Positions 1 through 12,990 of a stretch of 64,000 nt of DNA are shown piece by piece; the first letter of the stretch is position 1, and each line of letters begins with the position of its first letter. The position numbers were made by a program, and so were the translations under genes. Origin of the DNA: Hemiscyllium ocellatum (taxonomy: Eukaryota). The stretch spans positions 2,449,438-2,513,437 of the forward strand of contig NC_083427.1 in NCBI RefSeq assembly GCF_020745735.1, read 5' to 3'. The notes under the pieces were generated by a model, which saw only the letters and a program-made list of their open reading frames with translations, was not told the origin of the DNA and made no database searches.

Positions 1-1149
1 TTCTGACAGTAAATTAATGGATGGCACAAAGACTGAGCGGTCTGTCGTTGGATTCTACTCATAGTATCCGAATAATGTTCCAGCCAAAGCCACGAAATTA
101 TTTTTTCTCGTTTCTTTCTTATAAATAATAGTGGTCCTTTCTCTTTAAGACGTGATTATTTACTCTACAATCTTCTAATTAGTACAATATTAGTAAAAAC
201 ATGGAGATTTTTATGTGTCTATCATTAGCAAAAACAATTAGAGCACACCAGAACAAATGAAGCCTGCGTGGACCTAGAACTGCAAAGCAATATTGAATTA
301 TTCATCCAGTGACTATCTTTCATTAACTGCCCTACAACTCAGAGGAAGGTCATTATGTTTTTACATTAATTTTCATTCGTTTCCAAACTCAGTTTCAAAT
401 AAATTTGAGCATTGCACAATACCACACAGATACATTCAGGTTAACATGATGTGGCATGAAAAAAAAACATTTGAAGAGGAGGTCGATTTACATCTGAAGC
501 ATACACTGCCATTGAAATTAATTCCGGTCATTCTACACATTGTCCAATGTAACCAGCAGAACAGAATAAGTTTTGACTTGATCGCACTGAAATCGACACC
601 ATTTCTCTTCAAGGCTCCGTCTGTGGACAGATGAGAGACAATTAAAAATGGGTAACGCCGGTTTAGCAATATATGTTTACTGATTTCATTGTTCTGTTTG
701 TTAGTTCTAATGTTATGCTTATGTTTGCCTGTGAAAACAAAGAACAATAGAAATATACTCAAAACGTTCACTTGTGGCATTATAAGCGCTCCAGCATACC
801 ACTTCTTACGGGTTTATATGCATTAGAACACAGCACATTTTATGCAAGTTGTGGTCGCAACAGATTTAACTACGAAGACGTCTGATTGACCTGTATTTCA
901 CAATCTCTTGCGGTACTCCAAACAGGTTTAAACAAGACGTGCGATATCTGAAAGGTCTTGTGCCTGAATATCCTAAACAAACAGTAAAAACCATTAGTAT
1001 TCTAATCCTGATTGTACGAACTTTTACAGGCTTCTTTACTCAACATTCAGTTTCACAACTTCAGACGATGAACAATGTCATTAATTTAGAAACTTATTTT
1101 TCCTCAGAGTTTCTTTTTCAATTTTTCTTCAGTGTGATTGGCGTTATTT

Positions 1150-1780
1150 GGAACTGATACCTAAACCTCCATCTTCATCTACTGGACAAATTTTATTCCT
1201 CATTTGTATAAAAATCCCCACACTTTGAATTTTTGTCTCCTAGCACAATCTGTTCTTCAGCCACCCTGGCCTTGAAACTTTTGGTGGAGCTTCCGTTTTA
1301 TTCATCTCGCTTTCCAGTTTGGCACTTTAGAGCCTCGGAGGCTCAATACTGTATTCTACAGCCTGAGAACCGAATGCATAATAAACGTTTTCCATTTTCC
1401 TTATATTCTCCCCCTGTATTACCACTTAAACTCTGAATTGTTTGTATTTTCTTTACTTTTCTATCAGTTGAAAGGACTGGGTTTTATCCCTTCACACGTC
1501 AATGAACGCCCATTCTACGTCTCTATTTGTCTTTCATCATAATTAACAAATTGTTTTTGCATCGGGCCTCCACATTATCTGTTCTGTTCGCATCTTCTCC
1601 ACCACAGCCAGAAGCTTTAAATAAAAAACACCTTTGAATATTTTTGCATTCTCAAGAACAATAAAATTGGATTCGGAACATAAACTTTGATTCTTTCTCC
1701 ACAGATGATGCCAGGCATGCTGAGTTTAATCCAACAAAGTGCTGCATTTATTTTATAACTCCTCGTTATCAATCTGCTCA
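1150..1780 (+). mobile_element. Decayed Penelope-like element 3' part
   Basis: Ends in ttctttctccacagatgatgccaggcatgctgagttt, a terminal motif that recurs at ~45350-45430 and ~54550-54650, and in reverse at ~32270-32330. Confidence 0.5.
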
Positions 1781-2769
1781 TCCTTCCAATATGCTGAACG
1801 GCCAATGGTAAGTGTGGGAGTACTTCCTCGTCCGGAATTCTACAGTACCTAACGACAGGCCCCATCCCTCACCCCACCCCCCTCCCACCCCCTACCCCCC
1901 AGGGCAATCTTTGTACGACACTGGATCAATCCATGCACAGAAGCCAAGCAAAATCGTTAACTTTACCAAGAAATTCCACATTTGTCTAATGGATAAAAAA
2001 TAGTCACAGCAATTCCTTAAAAGAATTGCAGGCAGTTGTATGAAAGAAGAAAAAAACGAGTATCGACCAAATATTAATCTCTGCTTGCAGTTCAATTTTA
2101 GACTGCAGCAAAGAATGAAAATATTAGCTTTATTTCAAAGTTATGCGACGCCACATACTGTGCTGCTCTAGCAATATAGTGTTGGTGGAATTACAATTTT
2201 ATGGTAGGTAGATATGCAACAACACAAGTAAAGCTCATGGTTATTCATGAAAAATTCCTAGGCTTATCGCCAAACATTTATTGAATCACTAAGTATTAGC
2301 TTATACAAGGTTTTTCGCGAATGGTGAATCTTCTTTGCCATTTATTTGCAGCTACATATATGGACAGTATCAGGAATCATTCCAATAGATATTGAGGTAT
2401 TGTAATATGAATTGACTTGCACAAAGTGCATTCAAATGCTCAACGACAATCAGTTGATTAAAATGTCATCTTGTATTCCAATTTATATCTCTTAATAATA
2501 TGGACGGTAGATCTTTATATCGAGCACTTATCAACAAAAGTACAAAGCCAAATAATACTGAGAAGACACAAATACGATTTTGAGTAAAGTTTGCATCTGT
2601 TTGCAGCTTATTTTGTGGACATGGGGAATGATACAAATCCTCAGCAAAGTATAAAAATCTCGGTGTGCTTGCCTATATAAATATTACTGTTGATGTCAAG
2701 TGAATATTTATGGAAGCATTGAACTCAACATTCTGATGCAAAAATTGCAGACTTCTGAAATTTTTCAAA

Positions 2770-3030
2770 AGATTTTCTAGCTCAGGTCTTGTATCAGGCT
2801 GTTGCTCTGCTCGCTGACCTGGTGGCTATGTTTTCAAACGTTTCCTCACCATTCTGAGACTTCAGTGAAGCGTTGGTGTGCTGCCCCACTTGAGATTTAT
2901 GTGTATTAGCTTGTGATAGTGGGTGGTATCATTTATTTTCTATTTCTCAAATGTTGATAAATGGGGTCCACATCTATATTTTTGTTAATGGAGGTCAGCT
3001 GTGAATGCCAGATATCTAGGAATTCCCACA
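2770..3030 (-). mobile_element. Older decayed copy of the same Penelope-like element
   Basis: gttaatggaggtcagctgtgaatgccagatatctaggaattccc and aaacgtttcctcaccattctgagacttcagtgaagcg resemble segments of 3700-4050. Confidence 0.55.
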
Positions 3031-3685
3031 CATGTTTTGTGCAGATCCATACCAGAATGGATGCACTGCCCCTGCCGAAATGGACAGATTGACAGATTCA
3101 CATATACAAAGACAGACAGATAATTCAGCCAGATTCCTGGAATCGGTGTTAAAGAAAGGGTACCACAGATATTTTGTTGGTACTTTGGAACATTTGGAAA
3201 CAATTGAACCTGACTTGAGATCAACCCAAAGTGCAGGAAATAATATAGATACAAAAGATTCAAGGAGACATGTCTGTACTTCGTCCTCTTAAAGAGGTTC
3301 GGCTGAAGTATGCTGTCTGCAGTTGAGGTGTTTTCATTTTCAGTGAAAATGTAAACAGAACGACGGGTAATTAAATGAAAAGTAACATGCTGATGTACAA
3401 AATAAATTGTGTAGAAGGAGGTATGGTATAACATGTTATAAAAATGTGGTTGTGAAAATATCAGCTTTGCAGTTCACGCAGACATGTGGAAAATAGTCAG
3501 TCCATGCCAGGTTATGGGAATATTAACGTGCCAATTTGCATGTCAATAAGGTTGAAAGTTCGGTCAGAACAAAGCTGCAGATGGCAAAATCAGGAATCAT
3601 TATTCAGAAATATTGTCATTAATATGGCAGTATTGTATGGAAGGATGGGTCGATGGATTGGGAGAGTGAGAAAGATAGGGACATA

Positions 3686-4261
3686 AAGTCTGGTTGAAGA
3701 TTTGTAGCTCGGGTGTCTGTTGTTGTGGTTCTGTTCGCCGAGCTGGAAGTTTTTGCTGCAAACGTTTCGTTCCCTGGCTAGGGAACATCATCAGTGCTAT
3801 TGGAGCCTCCTGTGAAGCGCTGCTTTGATGTTTCTTCCGGTATTTATAGTGGTTTGTTCTTGCCGCTTCCGGGTGTCAGTTTCAGCTGTAGTAGTTTGTA
3901 TGTGGGGTCCAGGTTGACGTGTCTGTTGATGGATCTTCTTGCCGTTTCCGGGTGTCAGTTTCAGCTGCAGTGGTTTGTATATGGGGTCCAGGTCTGTGTG
4001 TCTGTTAATGGAGTTTGTGGATGAATGCCATGCCTCTAGGAATTCCCTGGCTGTTCTCTTTCTGGCTTGTCCTATGATGGTAGCCACAAAACGACACGAC
4101 CAGATATCCCTAGTAGCCATACACTCAGACAACCAGGAACATGAATTTGACTGGAAAAACACTACCATCATAGGACAAGCCAGACAGAGAACAGCCAGGG
4201 AATTCCTAGAGGCATGGCATTCATCCACAAAAACTTCCAGCTCGGCGAACAGAACCACAAC
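3686..4261. mobile_element. Penelope-like element fragment with inverted internal segments
   Basis: ORFs 3939-4310 and 3797-4273 carry HEFDWKNTTIIGQARQRTAREFLEAWHS, the C-terminal end of a PLE GIY-YIG region. Inverted arms 4014-4083/4162-4231 and 3723-3752/4230-4260; 76-bp direct duplication 3858-3933/3937-4012. Confidence 0.8.
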
Positions 4262-4634
4262 AGATAGGGACATATATCGACAGGCAGACAGATCGAAGAT
4301 ACATGGATAGATATTTGGATGGAGAGTTAGCTGGATACATAGATAAACAAACAGATGGATGGGTAGATGGATAGATAGAATNNNNNNNNNNNNNNNNNNN
4401 NNNNNNNNNNNNNNNNNNNNNNNNNNNNNNNNNNNNNNNNNNNNNNNNNNNNNNNNNNNNNNNNNNNNNNNNNNNNNNNNNNNNNNNNNNNNNNNNNNNN
4501 NNNNNNNNNNNNNAATAGATTGAGAGACAGACAGATAGATAGAAGATGCATGGATAGATATTTGGATGGAGAGTTAGGTGGATACATAGATAAGCAACCA
4601 GATGGATCAGTAGATGGATAGATCGAATGATGGA
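4262..4634. repeat. GATA/GATG-rich minisatellite broken by a gap
   Basis: A ~100-bp unit (gaagatacatggatagatatttggatggagagttag.tggatacatagataa) recurs at ~4295 and ~4542. Confidence 0.85.
4382..4513. other. Assembly gap (N)
   Basis: N run. Confidence 1.
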
Positions 4635-4805
4635 NNNNNNNNNNNNNNNNNNNNNNNNNNNNNNNNNNNNNNNNNNNNNNNNNNNNNNNNNNNNNNNNNN
4701 NNNNNNNNNNNNNNNNNNNNNNNNNNNNNNNNNNNNNNNNNNNNNNNNNNNNNNNNNNNNNNNNNNNNNNNNNNNNNNNNNNNNNNNNNNNNNNNNNNNN
4801 NNNNN
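4635..4805. other. Assembly gap (N)
   Basis: N run. Confidence 1.
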
Positions 4806-5214
4806 ATGGGCATGATTTGATGGCTATTAGTGAAGCCAAACCTCAACCTGATTAGTCATTTTAGTTTTCCAAAGCAATCTCCCGTTTTATGTAATCCATT
4901 GCTCGGTCAACACAATCAAATATTCCATATTCCTTCTTAACTAATTTATCCATCTTCCTGTTACGTTCAGGCATTCCTCTATATGCAGACGTTACACCTG
5001 ATGTCTGCGTATTTTCTATGGTTTTGACATTAATAGAACATTATCTTGCTTTCTTCACACATCGCAAGTGATAAACACTCACTTTTTACAATGGAATCCG
5101 ATTTACTGTTTATCATAATATCTGTCAAGTTTTGTAAAACTTTCTGCAGTTTATGGCTACCTTTCAGACTGCTCACCAGCATGCCCAATATCATGAAATT
5201 GTCACTTTCTTGAT

Positions 5215-6905
5215 AGTGCTGGAGAATGCAAGATTTATTGAGACAGAGGAAACCAGGGAGAATAATATTAGTAGAGAAATTGTGCAGAGAGAGTTGAAGG
5301 GTTTGAAGGAGGATAAATCCCCAGATCCTGATAATTAGCTTCCTAGAGTACTGACGGATGTCATTCTGAAAATAATGGGAGCATTGGTAGTCATCTTCCT
5401 AGATTCAACAGACTCTGGTGCAGTTCCTGCAGATTGGAGGCTAGTTAACGCGATTCCGACATTCAGAAATGGCAATCAGTGGAAAATATGGAAGTATAGA
5501 CTAGTAGGACTAACATCAACAGTGATTAGACTTCTCGATTCCATTATCAAGGAATTCTCGTGGAACATTTAGAATACAGTAGCATGATCAGACCGAATGA
5601 ACATTGAATTGCAAAGAAGAAATGTTGCTTGTCAAATCTGTTGGAATTATGTGAATATGTAACTCGTAGATGGACAATGTGAGCCAGTCGATGTGGCATA
5701 ATTGGTCCTTTTGGTCCTTCAAGAAGATTTGAGCAAGTCCTACATCAGAGACATTGTGCAAGATTAAACCTTATGGAATTGCGGAAAGTAATTTGATGTG
5801 GATAGAAAACTGTTTGGCAGTGATGAAACAAAGAGTAGAATTCGTGGATCCTTTTCAAATTTCCATTCAGTAACTAATGGGATACCACTCAGATCGTTGC
5901 TTGTTCGCCAACTGTTCACATAATATTTCATGATTTGGATGATGGAACAAAATGTAACATCTCAAATTTTGCAGAGGAGATCAAGTTGGTTGAGATGGTG
6001 AACTGTGACGAATATACAGAGATATTTTTCTTCAGCATGATCTGGACAAGTTGTGTGAGTGGGAAAATCAATGGCAGACAGAGAATAAGTTGAATAAATG
6101 CGAGAATGTTCATTTTGATACTAAAACAAGAACGCACACTGATATATTTATGACTGTAAATTGAGAGACGAGAGTGTGCAGCGGGCCCTGAGTATCCTTG
6201 TGCACTTGCCACTGAAGGTAAGCATGCAGGCGCAGCAGTCAATAAAAAAGGCAGATGGTTTGCTGGTCTTCATTGTGAAAGGTTTCGAGTACAGGAGTAG
6301 GGATGTGTTCTTGCAGTTATACAAGGACATGGTAAGGCTACAGATAGAATAGTGTGTGTAGTTTTTGCCTCATTTTCTGAGGAATTATGTTATTACTCTC
6401 GGCGGAGTGCCGTCAAGTTTTACCTGGTTGATTGTCGCACTGGTAGGATTGACATCACAGGAAGGATTGACGAGGTAAGGATTATTTTCACTGGAGTTCT
6501 GACGAATAAGGGAGAACCTCACAGAGACTTTCAAAAGTCTAACAGGACAAGACAGGGTAGATACAGTATGGACTTTCCATGTGCTGGTTGTTTCCAGAGG
6601 TAGGGGCAACAGTTTGAGGATTTGGGGTGTACCATTTAGAAAGGAGATGGGAAGACATTTCTTCACGTAAAGAGTGGTGAGCCTGTGCAATTCATTACCA
6701 CATGAAATCGTTGATACCAAAATATTGAATGCATTCAGGAGGGGGCTAGATTTAGCCCGAGGGGTGAATGGGGTCAAGGTTCATGGGGAGAAAGCAGAAT
6801 TACATTATTGAGTTGGATGATCAGGCATGATCATGATGAATATTGCAGCAGACTCCAAAGGCCGAATGACCTTGTTCTACTTCAATCTTCTATGTTTCTA
6901 TGTTT
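5215..6905 (+). mobile_element. CR1/HER1-like LINE, decayed RT region and 3' end
   Basis: Fragments GALVVIFLDSTDSGAVPADWRLVNAIPTF and FIVKGFEYRSRDVFLQLYKDMVR; (CTATGTTT)n tail at ~6890-6905. Confidence 0.9.
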
Positions 6906-7558
6906 CCACATTCGCTAATTTTAAACACAACTCATTAATGTACACTATCAACATATAGACCCAAACACCCAGTCTTGTGAAATCTCATTGGAGACTGATT
7001 TCGAGTTATAGAAAGATTTTTCTTCCATCGAGTTCTGTTTTTATTCTGTCCGTAAAATTTGAATACAACGTGCCAATTCGCGCTGGATCCAATGGTCTCT
7101 TACTATCCTGGTCTATCTGCCATAAGGAAATGCATCAAACGATTTGCTAAAGTCATCAAATCTTTCTTCAATCATTCGATTGCCTCTACAAAAAAAAATC
7201 ACAATTCTGAACATTCTATGCGATATCCACGCTGGCTTTCCCTGATCAACGCATAAATCTTCAAATGCAGATATACTCCCTCACTTTACATTATTCCTAA
7301 TATATTCATGACAATTGATGCTGGACAGATATTGCTGTCATTTCCAGGGCTATCGTTTTAATTAACTTTATTTTCAAATGATGTGACAAAGTTAGAAGTA
7401 TTCCATTCTTCATCACCTCACCTGTGGACAGAGAGGATTCGATTCTTACTGCCAAGGCCAGTGATATCTCTTTCCATGGCCTCTTTCAACTTCTTATAAT
7501 ATGCTGCACGCAGTCTTCTGGATTTATCCAGATTGGGCACTTTTTGGTCCCTAAGTAA

Positions 7559-7565
<7 letters not shown>

Positions 7566-7624
<59 letters not shown>

Positions 7625-7690
7625 TCTCTCTCTATCTCCTCTCTCACTATCTCTATCTCTCTCTCTGTGTCTTTCATTCTCTCTCTATGT
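7566..7690. repeat. (CT)n microsatellite
   Basis: Long pure (ct)n run followed by degenerate ct/at repeats. Confidence 0.97.
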
Positions 7691-8499
7691 CTCTCTTTAA
7701 CTCTCTCTCTCCCCTCAATCCGACATGCACACACACACAGTACTTTTGATATTCTTACCTACTTTCCTCACTTCAAATTGATGTTATATTTTCTCAACCC
7801 AGATGTCTATATCTACATCACTGTTTTCTATGGTGAGGACCAATTCAACAGATTCATTAAAGACAGTGCTCATGACTTGTATGTACACATGTAGATTATA
7901 TATATTCCCCTTGTTGGTCCCACTCTTTTCCAAGCTATTCCCTTACTGACCTTTAGAATTCTTCCACTGTGATTTGCTGACTCTGAGAACACTGCGGCAT
8001 TCAACCCTGGATCTCTGCATTTGTTCATAATTTTTCCGTAATCCTAAATTTTGTAACTCTTTACATCAAATGTTACCCTGTCTTGGTCTCGTCGTTTGTT
8101 TTAATGGGTACATACTTGGCCTGAACTCTTGCTATTCCTTCTTGATGACTTTTCGTGCTTTAACACAATTTGATGCCCACATTGATCAATTTCCATTTCG
8201 TTTTGTAAAATTACCCCTTTTGCAGGTCGGTGCTACTTTTCTCAGCTAATATTTATTCTTTTCTCCAAAATATAACTGATTTATGTTTATTGTTTATACA
8301 TTTCTCATTTGCAAATGCAACTTACCGATGTCTTGCCCGTATCGTTCTATATTGTGAGAAAAGATGTCAAGCTTCCTAAATGTCTTTGGAACTATGCTCA
8401 GTCAGGCATTTGAAGAGATTTCCATCACGCTCCAGATTTATGCATTCTAGACAGAGGAAAGCCTTTAGGATGTCAATAGTTGAGTTATTTGCTGCAGTA

Positions 8500-8900
8500 T
8501 GCCAAGTCTCTAACATGCTCGTATAGCAAATATACTTGCATGGTTTGTCCAGTTTCGTTTCTGGTGAATGGAAACGCCCAGGTATATGATTACGTTCCTC
8601 ACTGGGCATAGTTATTGATTGGTTTTGCGTGCCACGCATGTTACTTATCACTTGTCATTCCAAACCTGAATATTATCGAGGGCTTTGTGCATTTGAACAT
8701 GAACTGCTTTGGTATCTGTGTCGTAGTGAATTGTGCTGAATTTAGTACAATGATTAGCGAAGATTTCACGTTATGATGAAGGGAAGGTCATTGATGAAGC
8801 AGCTAAAGGTATGTGGGGAACCGCAAAAACCTTAGGAATTCCTGCAGAAATTTTCTGGAATCGAGGTAACTGATTTCCAAAAATCACAAATTTGTACCAG
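8500..8900 (-). mobile_element. L2/Crack-like LINE fragment
   Basis: Similar to 18400-18750 (gaagggaaggtcattgatgaagcagct...ttcctgcag). Confidence 0.65.
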
Positions 8901-8950
8901 GTCAATCAATAAATGTTAACTCGCGAATTAGTTTGGAATCAAAATATCAT

Positions 8951-9256
8951 GATTAGACTACTTACAGTGTGGAAATAGGCCCTTGGGCTCAACAATTCCA
9001 CACCGACCTTCCGAAGAGCAATCCACGCAGATCCATTTCCCTACATTTACCCCTTCACCTAACACTACGGGCAATTTAGCATGACCAATTCACCTGACCT
9101 GCATATTTTTGGACTGTGGGAGGAAACCGGAGAACCTGGAGGAAACTCACGCAGAGAATGTGCAAACTCCGCAAAGATAGTTACCTGAGGTGGAAATTGA
9201 ACCCAGTTTCTGGCACTGAGAGGCAGCCGTGCTAGCCACTTTGCCACCTTACCACC
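8951..9256 (-). mobile_element. HE1-type tRNA-derived V-SINE
   Basis: gattagactacttacagtgtggaaataggccc tail, ggactgtgggaggaaaccggag core, ggaaattgaacccag box-B complement. Confidence 0.92.
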
Positions 9257-11509
9257 TTACCGCTCATCATCTACAGTTTTCAAATTTCATCTCTAATCCA
9301 CGGAATACTACCGGCATACTTGGATCCCGAGACCTGTGAGAATATCACAAAGTCTTCATGCAGCTTTTAACAGCAACGAATGGTTTTAAATCTGTTGGTT
9401 TTCATGTTGTGTTGGGGGTGTGGAAAATGACCGAATGTCACGATCTAGCTTTTGAATTGTCATTTTTCTATTTACTTCTCACCTGCAAGGTGAGGACAGA
9501 GATTGGATCCATAACAGCGTAATGGAGGGAGGAAAGGCAGAGCTATTTAATGTTGTAGGAGAAGCATGGTATTGCGTGTAACAATGTCATGTACCTATCC
9601 ACAGATAATCTAAAAGATGTCAGCATGATTCAGACTCGATTATTATATGATGGCTTAGTCACTCGAAAATTGAGCTCTAGAAGTCCACTGAAAACTGGTG
9701 CATAGCAATGTCTTTCGACATTTTTGAAAAAAAACATTATGCATTTTGAACCGATAATACAGAACAGAACTTATCCCCATGAGGGATTGTGTTTGATCAC
9801 GTTTTCAAAACCATAAGTAACATCTTGACAAAGTGCCTAAATGGGACTAAACGAAGTCTACTTCAAACAATACAAACTGATTACTGTATCCTTCGTTCCC
9901 TCAATGTTTTTTTTCCAGATGAAAGAAGAGACAATCGTTGCCTCTGCCTGATGATATATTTAAATAATGGTTCCAAGTTTGAGAGGATAACATACCTCGA
10001 TTTATAATTGGGCTGTAATTACTTCGGCTCGTCAATGCAACTCCAGTTCTCTTATGGACATCATTTCGAATTTAGTGTGGTATCTGAGATAGTACAACAC
10101 CTACAGTTTAGGAACTATATTTAGTCGTGAATTCCAGCAGTTGCTTGTGCATGATGGACAGTCGATTAGGGTGTACCTGAATTTTCAGACTTCGTGCTTT
10201 CTGCTCTTTCAAGAAGACTGTGCAAAATAGTCATAGATTTCTGAATGAGTTCAAATCGACATTTTCTACTTGGAGATCCAATTACTTGCAACAACACACA
10301 AACATTTCCAGGGTTTGGATGGTGAATGTAATTTCAGCAATCGAATTCCATCTACAGTGTAGAATGCAGTAAACTATTTCTGACAAAGATTGGGAGCATG
10401 CTTTGAGGAGAGAGAATTTGAATGATGAAATACCATCTCTCAGAAGGGAGGGAATAGCATAGAAGACAGGGGAGGGGAGCGGAATTTGGATGAATGCACA
10501 GAACACAGAATATCGGAGTGAAAGACAGTGAGGGTTCTTCAGAAAAGCATGCTTAGTTAAGAAGGGAATGAATACTTTTCTGGTTAACATGATTGAGAGA
10601 AGGCAGTCATACCCAGGTCACATGCCTTTCCCACCGCCTCCTCCGACCCCATCAATAATCCCTCACCCCCACCTTCAACAAGGAGAAAAGGATGTTTATA
10701 AAGAATTAACTGTATCTGCTTCATTCTCTTGAACGATGGGGCCGAAATTTATATCTCCTCCAAAACTGCCTGTGAGAAAATGGTGATGACTGACATTCGT
10801 AAACTGCCTAAATCCACGAATTCACAGTGTAATTTGAATGGGAGTTCCACTGGTGTTGAACAGAGTGTCCAAGCGTCTACGTCAGGGAAAAAAGAAACTA
10901 CTGAAATGCAAGAAGCAATGCACTCGCATTTTGAAAAGGAGACGGAGAGTACAGATATATTCTTAGATAATATGGGACTGAGTGTTGTTGATAGAATACG
11001 GATACCACTGTACAAAAGGGGAAAGACAGTAAAAGAAAACACAATTCTGTGTGTCGGTGCGTGTGTGTGCGTATATATCTATACCTATATAAACACATAC
11101 ATATCCTGACAGGAAAATCAACATCTGAAATGCAAGAATTATTCTGACTATTTCGTTCTTTAACAAAGTGGGCAACATATGTAGAGCGTTAATGAATTTA
11201 TTCGCAACCACTTGTTTACAGGATTCTGTCTCGCTCATCATAAATGCAATCGTGGGCATTGACATCGTAACAATATCTCAAATTTTGTGTTTAATGCAGA
11301 ACACTATTTCACTCTGTCTCAGTGTGTTTGTGTTTGTGTTTGTGATGTAACTGAGATTTATCATAACCGTAACTCTACAAGTGCAGGATCAGTTTCATCT
11401 GAAAATTAGCTTTCAATTTTCTGTCATATCTCATAGCATGCACTTTTCAGTTGTGTTAAATATCAATCGGCACTCTTCAGAGCTGAACCACAGCAATCTT
11501 CGACTCAAC

Positions 11510-12050
11510 TTGTCGTAGACAGGTACAGCACCCAAACAGAACCATTGGACTAACTCGTCCAGGCTGACCAGATTTCCTAAATTAATCCAGTTTTATTTGA
11601 AAGAAGTTGTCACATATCCTTTTAAAAAGTCTCTACTCAGACACGCATCTTAATGTTTTTTTTTCATGTGGCAATTAGTCTCCACGAGTTTCTCTGATAA
11701 CTCATTTTTCGCACGCACCATCTTCTGCGTGAAAAGGTCGTTCCGTGGGTATATTTCAAATCTTTCCCTTCTCACCCAAACCTCTGACCTCTAGATCTGG
11801 ACTCTCCCAGTCCAAGGAAACTTTCTTGACTGCTTACCCTATCCATGCTGCTCATGATTTTATAAATCTCTATATGGTCGCCACTCAGCCTTAAAAGCTC
11901 GAGGGAAAATGTTTCCAGGCTATTTACCTTCTCCCTCCACCTCTTCAGACGAACAACATGCATGTAAATCTTTCTGAGCCCTTTCGAGTTTCTAAACGTC
12001 CTTCCACTCGGAGGAAGGCCAGAATTGCACACAGTATTGAAAACCACTCC
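11510..12050 (-). mobile_element. CR1-like LINE 3' fragment
   Basis: Minus ORF 11772-12047 LETFSLELLRLSGDHIEIYKIMSSMDRVSSQESFLGLGESRSRGQRF. Confidence 0.85.
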
Positions 12051-12074
12051 ACCCGAGCAGTAAGTAAATCATTA

Positions 12075-12990
12075 ATGGAACCCTTGACCATTCAGTTGAC
12101 AGAGGCTTTGAAATCATCGACAGAACTCAAAGCATTCTCCTTCTTTCTCTCCTTGTGGCTCATCTGGGTATGGCTGCGAACCCAACTGTACTATGACATA
12201 TCATACGAATGAAGAAAATGCAACATGAATGCTGCCCTTCTTGTTTGAAATATCCCTACTGTTTTGATTATCATGGCCTCGATATAATAGTTCATTTGAT
12301 TTATCCCGAATTAGAAGATGTGAAACCACTCTTCAATTCTATACTCTCTTACGTTTCATTGATGTTTTGTTTAGTCACCCTTCATGGTCTGCAGTGCCAT
12401 TGACTGATGAATTATTGCTGTATTCTGCAGAATTTGATCCTGCAGAAAGCATTATTACTGTGTCATCCTTTCTAATGTAACGTTTTTGGCAGTGTTCACT
12501 GCAAATCTGATTGATTCTGCTGAATTTTAAAAGAAAGGCATAACTAATGACAATTCATGCAGCTATGAGCGATTAATGTTTGGACGAAAGCAACTCTTGA
12601 ATTCATTTTTATGAAATTCTATTGTTTGCTATCCTTATCCTGATCCTGATCCTGCTGATTTGCTCTGCCATAACACAAAGGAAACTGTTAAGAAGTGGAG
12701 ATGGAAAGGAATCCATGGAGCTGATCAAGAGGAATTTGGTAAAGACAATTGGTGGAAACGTAATCTTCCTGCTCTTTTGTTTTGCTCCTCCTCATATACT
12801 ACAACTTTACCTTTTGAATTTGATCTGGTGTGATATCCACTTTCAATGTTGCATTTATGCAATGTTAAGAATTATGAATGCACAGTTCCTTGTTTACCTG
12901 ACCTTTCCAGCTCCTTACTGTACTTTTTCATGTCCCAAAACGCTCAGTAGAAAACACAGTGCAGTATGGTGTGACATGGGAAAAGAGTAG
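12075..12990 (+). pseudogene. Decayed single-exon class A GPCR (GPR35/GPR55/P2Y-like group)
   Basis: Motifs occur in the correct order across frameshifts. TM1 LGMAANPTVL*HIIRMKK (from 12164; cf. GPR35 LGLLLNSLALWVFCCRMQQW). TM3 FMVCSAID** (DRY remnant GAC TGA TGA, 12402-10). TM5-TM6 ILILLICSAITQRKL...KRNLVKTIGGNVIFLLFCFAPPHI. TM7 CL...LLYFFMS (12918-35). Confidence 0.7.

Noticed and set aside
1705-1807. Apparent exon with strong acceptor and GTAAGT donor (DARHAEFNPTKCC...)
   Set aside because: The acceptor and first 30 nt match the Penelope-like terminal motif (ctccacagatgctgccag.cctgctgagttt) seen elsewhere in the window.
4327-4846. ORFs spanning N runs (also 63442-63948)
   Set aside because: Artefacts of translating assembly gaps.
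10729-11109. 126-aa ORF containing NMGLSVVDRIRIPLYK, faintly like a TCR alpha/delta TM (N...L.V.GLR.L..K)
   Set aside because: The segment is not hydrophobic, has no proper acceptor and no TCR C exon nearby; the ORF length is within chance expectation.
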